From assembly GCF_018977255.1 (NCBI RefSeq), contig NW_024704743.1:39744001-39808000 (forward strand): a stretch of DNA of 64,000 bases. The letters are read 5' to 3'. Shown in pieces: positions 26,100 through 37,700 of this stretch. The stretch is from Callorhinchus milii (Eukaryota). Made by a program: the position numbers and the translations under genes. The notes below the pieces were generated by a model. That model had not been told where the DNA came from, searched no databases, and saw nothing but the letters and a program-made list of their open reading frames with translations. Each line of letters begins with the position of its first letter. Position 1 is the stretch's first letter.

Positions 26100-27200
26100 T
26101 GTTGCTCAATCTTACACTTGTGGTTCCCCTTTATTTCCTGTATCCTCCCCCTGTCGATCCGTCTGCTTGTTCTCCTGTACCTGAATATAATGTGCAGCAG
26201 CACAAGAAGCTGCCAAGCCATCCTAACCCAAGATGAGGAGCAGCATCTTGAGGAGCAGGAAAAGTAGGAGGATCAGAAGGTAGAGCGAGAAGCAGACAGG
26301 GGGAGATGGGGGAAGGGTACCATCCCTTCCCCTCTCCCAGAAGCACTGGCACCAGCATAACAGTCCAACTCTGCAGCAAGCCCTACAACTAAACACACAT
26401 ATCAAGACAAAAGCAACAACAGCAGCTTTCATTCATACAGCATCCTTCAGGAAGGTTAAGATATCAGAGTGCTTTACAGAGATGGGATTGGGAACCAAAT
26501 AAGAGAGAGCGATGGGGGGAGGTGACCTTCGAATAAGTCAGGTTTATGTGCACACAGTGGGGGTCCATGAGATATCAACATCCAAACTGGCGCCCACAGC
26601 AAAACCCACATCAAGTGTGCCTGGAGGATTATAAACTCGGTAATGGAGCCCTTTGGCATTCCCAAACCCATGTGTTCTTCTGGCAGAACGAAGGGACGGT
26701 GAGGACCTGCCTCAGGCTCACACACACTAGGATCAGGGACTACACACTGAGGAACAAGCTGAAGTTTGGTTCAACCACGGCAAAGGCCAGATGGAGCCTG
26801 ATCCCGATAGGAGCTGCTCTGACACAACCCACTCAGGGCCGCACCCACTGGGTAGCCCATGAGGCACCCAAAACTGACTGAAGTAAGGGTACAGAAGGAC
26901 ACTCGAAATGTAACCAAAGAGCGTCCCAAAATGTACATACGGTAAACATGTGCACGTACAGTGCACATCGGGGCACCTTTCAAAAGTGGCAAGTGCGCCT
27001 TATCAGGGTATGTTCGGGCGCGCACATGGATGTGGTGTACACAGGGGTGACTCCTGACTGTTAAAGGGAACGTCCCAAAAAACATGTGCACAACCTATGT
27101 GCAGGGAAGGAATATATCATAAACAATGGAATGTGTTTTGTATTGGGAGAAAAGGAAACAAATTGAAAATAAATAAATAAATATATATTTTTTAAAAAAA
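26100..27200 (+). mobile_element. Tx1/L1-clade non-LTR retrotransposon remnant (ORF2 C-terminus, 3' UTR, A-rich end)
   Basis: From 26589 it reads GAHSKTHIKCAWRIINSV, then after a frameshift ALWHSQT...CLRLTHTRIRDYTLRNKLKFGSTTAKARW. This resembles the fish/shark Tx1 ORF2 C-terminus. A/T-rich tail near 27165-27200. The 5' boundary is uncertain. Confidence 0.72.
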
Positions 27201-29034
27201 GCAATTTTTCACCCCAGCGTGTTCTGTGGCAACAACTAAAACAAGAAGGTGAATCAAAACGATATGAACAACAGGGGAAGGCAAGAGAGAAAAACACAAG
27301 GAATTCAAGCTCATAGCTGTTTGTGTTTTGCCAGCAGTCGTATAATCAGTAAAGGTCAGAATCTTTTCCTCTCAGAAATCAGCATTCGTTTTGAAACCTT
27401 GAGTCCCACCAGTCCTTCAAAGCATGATTTATGTAAATGCATTGCTCGTGTATTTCCATGTGTTACAAGAAAAATTACTTGGGAAAAGGTTCTAGTATGC
27501 AACAGAAGTCACGGTGATATGATATCATACATCATGCACACTTATGACAGTGTCACTTATCCTGGATCCCGGGTGTGACAAATTTACCTGTTTTCATGGA
27601 ACCAACAACATCGACTGATGCAAATATTATTCTGAACTATCGCTGCTGCTTCATGAAGTGAATATTAAAGTTCAGCTTTCACAGAGTGCAGGAGGGGTAA
27701 TCATCTTGATGTTCAGAGTGTTCACAGATCTGATTTAAGCTTTGGCAGCTGCTGTCTCGTCCACAGCATCAAACTTGGCAGAATTAAGAATCAAAATTAA
27801 TGTGAAGCAGCCCACACTTTAATAATAATAATAAACCTTGCATTTGCTACAGCACCTAAACAACACAAACAGAGCCAATTTCAAGTGGACAAAATAACTG
27901 TATTACCTATACAAAACCTCCAAAAAATGGGGGCAGAATATTTTGTAAAGCGGATTAACTGTGTATTTTGTGGACGAAACACGGCAGCCAATTATGCATA
28001 GCAGTGTCCCGCAAACAGTCGTGGATTGAGTGACAAGAAATGTTTTAGTTGACTTAAATAATGTGCAATATTTCTACTGAAGAAATACTAAATTTAAAAA
28101 AAGTGAATTCACGGTCATAATTATAACTTAATAAATTCATGTTTCTCAGTATGATTAGCTTTCCAGCTACAATTACTGTCTAATAAAAGCTGAATAATCA
28201 TTGTTCGCAGCTATACATTGTACAGATTGATGTACAATCAATGTTTTTTGATTAAAAACCTTTTATTTTTAATGCTCAGACTGAAGAATATACAAACAGT
28301 TTCTGGGGATGTAGTGGTGGGGCTTCTTCTGGTCTATTTTTGAAATCCAGGATCAAGTAGTGAGGTGGATTTGTGGCAAACATGGGTAGTAGCTGCAGGT
28401 AAGGTTGGTCAATTAAAATTGGTCATTCATCTCATGGCTGTTTGTAGGACCTTCCTGGGTGCAAATTTGTAGTAAATCCTATGATGTGTTTTGAGATGTT
28501 TAGCCATCACGGTAAGGCACAATGTCAAAAACAAAGATTATTATTAATAATATATTCAACTATATTTAAAATCATGATTACGTTTGAAGTTTGCTCCCAT
28601 CCTACTCTCTTGAAGGCATCAACTTGTGCTACGGCACAGTTCCAAGGGCTTCCAACACCTTGCCCAAAAGACCATTATTCAGTGAATGATTGCAGTTTAT
28701 AAACTATGTGAAGGAGAGTTGGGGGGATCACAGTTGAGTCCGAGAAATGGCCCAAAAGTAAAATGGAGGCTAAAAGAGCTAGCAGATCCACTGCAATGTA
28801 TATAATAATAATAATCCTTGATTTTGATATAGTGCCTTATCACATTGTTGAAGCAGCTCAAAGCGCTTCACAGAATATATTTGTAAATGGTGTGACTGTA
28901 TTTTGTGGGCAAGATATCTATATTACATCTGCTTAATAACCAGAAGGCTGGCATCTTATCCAATTTTTGGAACTAATCTTTGCAAACCATATAAAAAATA
29001 TGACATCAATCGGGAGCAATTGGGGGCCTGACAT

Positions 29035-29292
29035 TCTTCTTGGAGTGGGTGCAGTGAAATCAACCATATTCAAGAGATACTATATAAAAATTAAAACTAA
29101 AAGCTAATATTAACAGCTTACCTGCTTTGTAGCCTGGAATGAAGATCATTGCTTATTTAACAATAAATATGGCGATGTTTTGGTTCTGAGAGCTTTAGGG
29201 AAAAACCTTTCCTCAGACCTGGGACTTCAGGTTGTTCTATCCAAAACCTGATGTTGAATATGGTTGATTTCACTGCACCCACTCCAAGAAGA
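29035..29292. repeat. Perfect 39-bp inverted repeat with a 180-bp spacer
   Basis: tcttcttggagtgggtgcagtgaaatcaaccatattcaa at 29035-29073; its exact reverse complement at 29254-29292. Confidence 0.95.
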
Positions 29293-30404
29293 GGATCGGA
29301 TGTGAAACCATCGCGTTTTCTGTCACTGTGATAATTTTACCTGCCTATTCCACATGTTCACCTCTCTGTAAATAATTGAAATTAAATTCCTCTTCCGAGC
29401 TTAAATTCACATGTTTATTTTATAAAACTTTATTCAATTAAAATGCAGCTTGATGCTGTGATGGGAGGCCAGTAAGATGGATACTTTGGAGGGATGAGAT
29501 CAGATGAGCTGAAGGGCCTTCTTCATCAAAACCAATCTTGTGATCTACATGTCATTTGCAACTTGTGTTTGTCTATCTTTTTGAAATATTCTCAGCAGTG
29601 CTTCGACTGTAACCAGTCAAATTGGCATAAGAAACAATCCACTACAAAGCAAGTGCAATTTAATGAAAGAGAAAGGGCATACTTCTAAAGCTTCATTGTA
29701 GAACACAGCAATGGGCTAGCCCACGGAACACGATATCTAATAAAGTACAAATTAATGCTGTCAGAGGAAACAAAGTGAACAACATCTCTTGTGCAGTACT
29801 GTAATCATTCACTGTAATGAAAGGACAAAACGGCAATTAGTGAACATTATATACGTGTGTATGTATGCTGCATATCGAGGATGAATATGAGATCTTATGG
29901 TAATTATTTTTTTTACGAATAATCTAGTTCTGTATCGTCTTTTCTCAAGCTGTGACAATAATGATACAATTTTGTAACGACAAAAACCTTTTAAAGGAGC
30001 AACGCTCCAACATTTAATAATCTACTTCAGGTCTGTGGAGCATTAATGGGTGCATTAAGATGGGCACCGAACCTCTTTCTAATAGGCCACAATGCTACAC
30101 AAAGATGTAAGGTGAACCTCGAGAAAGTACACAAGGAAAATGTGCAATGTTCTTTCACAGCAAAACATTTATGTACAGACAGGAATTGGAAAAATTGGCC
30201 TAAGTGCACATAATCCTTTTAAATATAAATTCCTATAAAGTGCATGTTGGTCTAGCTTCTTGATATGCCTGTATTGAGACTTGAGTGATTAATATTCAAT
30301 ATCTAGTCTTGGAAATCTTTTTTATGGTTGGTCCCTCCTGGTAGGACTAGATGGAATATTGATACCTTGCACTGATGACACTGACATGCATCGTGCACAA
30401 CTAT

Positions 30405-31160
30405 AAGTTTAATAATCCTTGCATTTGATATAGCGCCTTATCGCTTCTTTGAGATGTCTCAAAGCGCTTTACAGAATACACTGTAAAGTGAATTGACTGT
30501 ATATTTTGTGGGTGAAATGCAGCAGCCAATTGCGCACAGCAGTATCTCACAAACAGTTGTGGATTGAGTGACCAAATTATTATTAGTATATTTTTTAAAG
30601 GAATTATTACCCCCGGAAAAGCAATCCGCCAATTGACTAACAACCGGGTTCCTACTTACTGCTAGATAAAATCAGCCAGTGATATTGCTCCTGAATATTA
30701 ACAATCATAAAAATAATAATAAAATCTTTGCATTTGATATTGAGCTTTACCATGTTGTTGAGGCGTCTCAAAGTGCTTCACAGAATATACTGTAAATTGA
30801 ATTGACTGTATTTTGTGGATGAAACGGGGCAGCCAATGGCACACAGGAGTGTCCCACAAACACTCAAATCGTGGATTGAGTGACCACATTTTTTTTTGAA
30901 GGGATTATCACCCTTGGAAAGCGATCTGCCAATCGACTAATAACCAGGTTCCTAATTACTGCTAGGTAATCAGGCGTGTGGAGTAAGGAAATTTATAATA
31001 ATAATAGTAATCCTTGTATTTGATATAGCACCTTATCACATCTTCGAGATGTCTCAAAGCGCTTCACATGTATTGCAAAATGAATTGGCTGCCCGGGAAT
31101 CAAACCCAGGTCCTCTCGCTTGTGAAGGAAGTGTTCTAACTGATATGCTACAGGACTCCA
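30405..31160 (-). mobile_element. Cluster of tandem/nested tRNA-SINEs, long subfamily
   Basis: Three SINE tails (near 30410, 30715, 30995) but only one head (31090-31160). Confidence 0.88.
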
Positions 31161-31616
31161 TAATATTATTATTATTATTTTTATTGTAAAGCGTAGTGAC
31201 TGGGCATCTTGTATGCCAAACAGCCGAGAATTTCCACATGGCAATGTTTTACAAACAAGTAAATGACCATTTTTTTAATTTGGGGAATTGTTTGCCAGGA
31301 CACCAGGAGAAAACGTTTAGAACATTGCCATGAGAACTTTAACATTCAACTAAACAGGCCTTGGTTTAACATCTCATTTGAAGGACTCCATAATATTATT
31401 ATTATTATTTTTATTGTAAAGCGTAGTGACTGGGCATCTTGTATGCCAAACAGCCGAGAATTTCCACATGGCAATGTTTTACAAACAAGTAAATGACCAT
31501 TTTTTTAATTTGGGGATTTGTTTGCCAGGACACCAGGAGAAAACGTTTAGAACATTGCCATGAGAACTTTAACATTCAACTAAACAGGCCTTGGTTTAAC
31601 ATCTCATTTGAAGGAC
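31152..31616. repeat. 230-bp tandem duplication inside a minus-strand DeuSINE (~31162-31750)
   Basis: Copies start at 31152 and 31382. I found one substitution (ggggaattg vs ggggatttg). Confidence 0.95.
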
Positions 31617-32720
31617 GACACCGCCAGCAATTGAGTACTCTCCCAGAATATTGAGAGCATTGGAGTATCAGCCATGTGAGTTCAAAGTCATGATATGGGC
31701 TTGAACCTACAACCTTCTTAAGAGTGCTACCAACTGAACCAGGCTGACACTTAAATGCCTCCCATGGTCAAGTAACCAACACTAACTGTCTGGGTTCACA
31801 CCTGAAGAACGGAGCAGCCTGTGGCAATGTGTCAGCACCTTCAGAATCACCTTTACAGTATATTCTGTGAAGGGCTTTAAGACATCTAGAAGACGTGAAA
31901 AGGGCGATAACAAATTAATGATTATTATTATTATTATTATTTATTATTATGTTATTACATGCTGGTCCATGAGCATTTATTATGTTGTTAATCATGAAAA
32001 ATAACTTAAAATCATGATTGGAAGAACAATGTCAAAGTTGGAATAGCTACAGGACATAAGCACATGGGAAAGCTGAAGACTGCCATAGGAACATTGGTCA
32101 TATTGAAGCCCATTAAATAATAATTTATAAAATTATAGTTTATACAATGCAGCACATGCCTCAAGCTGATACATTTGTTTTATCTAACAAAATCATGCAT
32201 TCAGGAAACACATGATTAGCTTGTAATTATAGTCTAATAAATCCACAATAGAGCAGCCAAATGGTTTGGAAGGGAAAGATCACTTCAGTAAAATTAATTT
32301 TGTTCTTTAAGAACTCAGCAGGGTTTAAGCTTTCTCCCTGTTGTACATAAAGATTATTAAGAAAGTTATTAGGCTGTGTGTTTCTACATACCTGCAGTAT
32401 TGAATAGCCTTATAATGAGCAGGGAACAAATCATTAGTACATAAAGAGAGGGATATAAGCAAATTGTAGGGGTTTTGCTTGTTTTGACTTCTTAATTGTT
32501 AATACCAAACTCATCTTTATAGGGAAAATCCTCAGAACTCACTGTGGAGCTGGAAAGCTGATACATTAGCTTGCGGAATGAAGGCATAAAAAATGCTTGT
32601 ATTGAAATTCTATAGTAATGATGTGTGAAGGCTCGTGAAGGTCAAGGTTCTTGCAGTGACTCCAAGTATTTTGATGTAGATTTTGTCTGATTATTTAACT
32701 CTATTTTAACTGTATTCATA

Positions 32721-33120
32721 TTCCTGCCTCTGAATCAGAAGATTGTGGTTCAGATCCCACATCACTTTGAGCTCATAGTGTAGGCTGATACCGTGCTGTT
32801 GGGGTGGGGTGGGGGGTGGGGTGCGGTGATTCATTGTTGGAGGTGCCGTGCTTTGGATAAGGTCTTATCTTTCTGTTCAGGTGAACATTTAGGATTTCAT
32901 GACACTATTCAAAAAGGGAGTTTCTTCCAATGTCCTGGCCAACAATCCCTCAAATAAAATTGGTCCTTCACTTAATGGCTGTTTGTGGGACATTGCTGTG
33001 CACAGATTGGCTGGTGTGTTTGCCTACAAATAGATAGTCACTACACAGTAAATTCTGTGAAGACTTTTGAGATGTCCGCTCAACATGAAAAGCACCATAT
33101 CAAACCAAGATTTTTTATTG
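32721..33120 (+). mobile_element. DeuSINE
   Basis: gcctctgaatcagaagattgtggttcagatccc head, ggaggtgccgtgctttggataag..ttcaggtgaac..gtcctggccaac Deu core, shared tail. Confidence 0.78.
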
Positions 33121-34339
33121 TTTATTTAAATTACCCACTTTACTCCGGACAGATTGCATGTGAATCTCACAGTATAAACTGATCCCAGAAGGATAGACTG
33201 TTGTGCAATGTCTTTGGCTGTCTGCCTGGACAAAACAGGAATTGCAACATAAGGAAATATTTTAACCACGGATGTTTTTCATGAATACATCATAATCACA
33301 ACACCGCCACATTTCATTCCCTCCTACACATAGCACAGGAATCTGAACTACATACTAACGTTTCTACATTGCTGTATGCAAATTGTCAGCCGCATTCACC
33401 TACAAATACACAGCCAGTAAATTTCACAGTAAATCTGTGAAGCCCTTTGAGATGTCTTGATGATACAATAAGGCACTACATCAAATGCAAATAATATTAT
33501 TTATTAAATTATCTACCTGACCTTGCAACATATGTATTTATTTACTGTCTTGCGTACCTCTTTCTCTTATCTACAATATCATCACTTAAAAGATATGGTA
33601 TTTGTGAATTATTTCAATCACTATTTTAGAATGATAATAAATAATAATTTACGAAGTAAAATCTGAAGATGGGGTGCTATCCATCCAAATTGTAGAAGAT
33701 TTACTGGATTGAGGTATTCATCAGTTTCAATATAATCACGTTCAAGGGGGTTAATAATTCTTTTTATATTTATGACTATTGCTTATATGCATTTTGATTT
33801 CTTTTGTGCAATACTTTGATGCCTTTCCTTTTATTTTTGGTGTTTCCAATAATTCTTCACTCATTATAGTAAAAGGTCTCATTTTGTTAACAATTAGCTA
33901 GTGAAACACATAATAGTAACAATAATAATATAATAATAATAATAATATGAATTCCATTCACACTTTGTGAAAGCTGGGAAGAGATTCAAGCTTTACCATG
34001 TACTTTGAATATCATTAAGTGCCCCACGTTACGAAAGTTGCGGAGACTGCAGAAAATTGAAGTTTCCTGGTTAATTAGCATCCAGCAGCAATTACATGTC
34101 TTAGTTGATTTCTTCAGTGAATACAGTCATCACTATTCACCAGTTGTATCTCTGGGGAATTTAGGGCATCTTTTGTTTTTAAAGGAAAAAATATCCATAT
34201 CTCTCAGGAGGAAAATTTGCTTTCAACAGAACTTGTTCAGGCAAGATCAGAAAATCAAAGAATCTACTTATAAGGGGTCACTAATTTGTTGTGGCTTTTC
34301 GATAAATCCAAAAAATATAATTCTAGGCATTAACATGTG

Positions 34340-34750
34340 GAGTGCCACGAAGAGGTTCACTCAATCCAAGTCTGGTCTCAGGGACAACCACCTCGATATG
34401 CTTGATGAGGGCTCCACTTCCAAGTATCACAGATGACTTGTTTGCACCTTCCAATGTGAATTGAGGCAGTGTCCTTCAGATGAGATGTAAAACAAAGGTC
34501 CTATCTGCCTGTCTGGGTGGATGTTTAAAATCCCATAGAACTATTCGAAATGAGAAAGGAGTTTGCCCCATTCTCCTGGCAAAATATATTCCAAATAAAA
34601 TTGGTCATTGACTTCATGGCTGTTTGTGCGACATTGTTATGTATAAATTATCTGCAAATACACAATCTTTATAGAGATTCCTATAAAGAGCTTTGAGATG
34701 TCTTCCCAATGTGAAAGTGCTATATCACTGCAATGATCATTATATTTATT
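34340..34750 (+). mobile_element. DeuSINE (degenerate)
   Basis: gtccttcagatgagatgtaaaacaaaggtcctatctgcctgtctgggtggatg Deu core, followed by the tail. Confidence 0.7.
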
Positions 34751-36769
34751 TTTATCCATCCCTTCAATAAACCCTGAATTTCAGCTGGATCTCGGAGATG
34801 AAAGTGTAGCATTCTAACCCGCTGCACCTGTTTGTCAACCTGTCATAGTGATTTGTTTTAGAGTTAGCAAGGATTAATGGGTGTGACTTGCACAGTAAAC
34901 TCTGGCCCTGATAAATTGAACCTAGCTCTTTTCAAACCTTTCGGTGAGATTACTGTGGGCTCAATTTTGAGTTTTTCATAAGCATTATTCTATTTTTCTT
35001 TAAAACTTTTACATCTCCGACAGATTGTCTATTGATTTGCCAGTCTATCTCAAATATTGAAACATACGAAGAGAGTGTCTGTCTAAATGCAAAGAAGCAG
35101 AGATTACAAACTGAGACACTTTAGGAAGAATACCATTGGGCCAGAGTAAATTTTATACAGAAAGTTTGCAATGCTTCTGTTTGAATTGCTGTCATTTTTT
35201 CCCAGGAGGTGCTACCATCTCCTTATGTCTAGCTTTTTAGACAAAGCTAGGTCAGATAAATGAGCCCTAGAATGAATCAGTGCATACGCACAATCTACTG
35301 TGTTGCAAGGGTTTGATCGTCAAGTGCAAATGAATGCAAACAATAGGTGGATTGCTGTCACATTTCTTTTGAAATATTCAATCAAATACCTTGAATTTAA
35401 ATCAGGAGAAAAGCAGGACAATTCTGTCATGACATTTAATGATTTGAAACTGAACCTCCGTTTTTGTCCTTTCAGATGTTTGGGAATTATCCTTGCAGAT
35501 TTCTGCTGCTTCTGTGTTTTTGATAAATTTTTGTAACATTCTTCCTGAATCCACACAATATTGAATGTCCACTGATGTATTATTTTCACCATGTCCGTCT
35601 CCTTCTAATAAGAAAAGCTTAGATTGAAAAATGAAGCAAAATGTTAATCATAACTATTGATTTAACAAAATAAATAGAAATGCGATACATTTAAAGAGAT
35701 AGGGTGAATAACATGGCATACACTGAGGTAATATATTTGCATTCTGACCATCTGTAGCTGAAGCTGAAATCACTTGAAGTTTTACAAATGCAAGTCACTT
35801 AGAACATAGGAACAATTTCAAGGAGACCGTCAGTCTCTCCAGCCTACCCATCCAATTCACTTTAATGTGTCTATTTCTAAATCTAATAACCCTAAATCCT
35901 TTCGGTTCATTTTTGAAACCCTATGCAGTTGGTTGTTCCGTCACCTGGGCTAGTAGCTCGTTCCGCATATATATTACTTAAAAGAAAATCTCCTGCATCT
36001 CCTTTGTTGTTCATATTTTGAAGATTTGTATTTTGATGTGGTTGGAGAGGAATTACTAGGTCTCACAGTAAGCTCTGTGCCTGATGTATGTACCACGGGA
36101 ATTAGATGTCTGGTTTAATCTAAGCGATGGTAAATTTCATGTTTTAAGATATAAAAATCAAACTGCAGCAGAACAGATCTGAGAGGTGGAAATATGTGCT
36201 AATGTTAACACTGGATTCTTAACTCCCTTTAATGTTTGCAATGAATATATTGAGAACAACTGTATTGTGTAAATAGGATTCAGATTGCACCCACGTGTGA
36301 CAGCACTGACACAATTAGAATCCTGTGGGATTTCTCCAGATTACTAGTTATACTCCACAGATACTAAATAGCAAAATGATACCAAAATTATGTTTTGGTG
36401 CAACAACGCATAAAGACAGTGAGGATTAATTGTAAAAGTCAACACTGTTTGAAAAAAACAAGGAAGTCAACAAAATAATGATTATTCACCCATCTGAAAC
36501 GCTCGTCAGCAGAAGCTAAATGAGAAGAATCCAAATGAACCCGAGTTAATTGGGTTCAGTGTTCTAACTAGAATATGGTTTAAGTAAAACTGGAATATAA
36601 GGTGTATATTTTCCTTTATCGATATTCATAAACTTATACATTATCACTTTAAATTGCACTGTTTTATTCAAGCCGACTTGCCGCCTTTTTACATTTTATT
36701 GCGTATTTTGGAATTTTAGCTATTTTGCTCTCTGTACCCCAATATTTAATCCTCTTTTCCAATATATCC

Positions 36770-37190
36770 CTAATCTAATTTTAGTTTTAAGAGATGATTA
36801 CTCAGAGGGGCCTTTATAGAGGTGGATAAAATTTGAAATTGGATTAAAAAAGTATCCCCGAACAATTCTTTAGGATGCAACAAGACAGTAAGAGTTGCAG
36901 TGGAACAAGCAGACATAAATTCACATCTGCGAACAACAATTTCACGACGGATACCAGGAAGCTTTTAATGACTGGAACAAGATGCCATTAAGCATGGTTG
37001 AGCCTAGGTTATTTATTAGCGGGTCAGGCTCGAAGGGCCGAATGGCCTACTCCTGCTCCTACACGTTATGTTATGTTAGGACACTGGCCTCATGGAAAAA
37101 GCAGCTTGTTGTTGTGATGAAAGAACAGTGGGGTTCGTATTCTGAAGGGATGAGATCAGATAGGATGAAAGCCCTTCTTCATCCAAACTA
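36770..37190 (+). mobile_element. Old CR1 3' fragment with a younger CR1 tail nested at ~37018-37078
   Basis: ggctcgaagggccgaatggcctactcctgctcctac(gttat)n lies inside a decayed element ending gggatgagatcaga..gcccttcttcatcc. Confidence 0.6.
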
Positions 37191-37351
37191 ATCTCTTTAC
37201 TGGTCAGAGAAGGATGTAGAAGTGTCAATCTCTGAGTGAAGGTAAGTTACCAAAAATTAAATAAGATTGTTTTATGAAACAGGAGAATAAAAAAGGAGAC
37301 ACTGAAATAAAAACAATAAAAGTAAGAGAAAGATGTAGATATAGGATATGT

Positions 37352-37700
37352 GGAGTCCTGTAGTCCAATGGTTAGAGACCTGGGTTCGATTCCCAGCAGG
37401 GCAAAACGTTGGGCAAGTTTCCTTACTCCACATGACTCTGTTTACCTAGCAGTAAGTAGGAACCTGGTTGTTAGTCGATTGGTGAATCACTTTTCTGGAG
37501 ATAATAATCCCTCAAAAAAACAATAATAATTTGGTCACTCAATCCACAACTCTTTGTGGGACACTGCTGCATGCAATTGGCTGCGGCATTTCGCCCACAA
37601 ATATAGAGTCAATTCGCTTTACAGTATATTCTGTGAAGCGCTTTGAAACGTCTAGAAGATGTGAAAAGCGTTATACCAAATGCAAGGATTATTATTATAG
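37352..37700 (+). mobile_element. tRNA-derived SINE, long subfamily, anticodon arm deleted
   Basis: ggagtcctgtagtccaatggttagagacctgggttcgattcc head, full body, (ATT)n. Tail-to-tail with a minus-strand fragment at 37703-37800. Confidence 0.9.

Noticed and set aside
32801..32821. G-quadruplex motif ggggtggggtggggggtgggg
   Set aside because: The motif is real, but it is a simple expansion inside a decayed DeuSINE with no sign of function.
34005..34436. 143-aa ORF
   Set aside because: Non-ATG start, AT-rich random-looking composition, and it runs into a DeuSINE.
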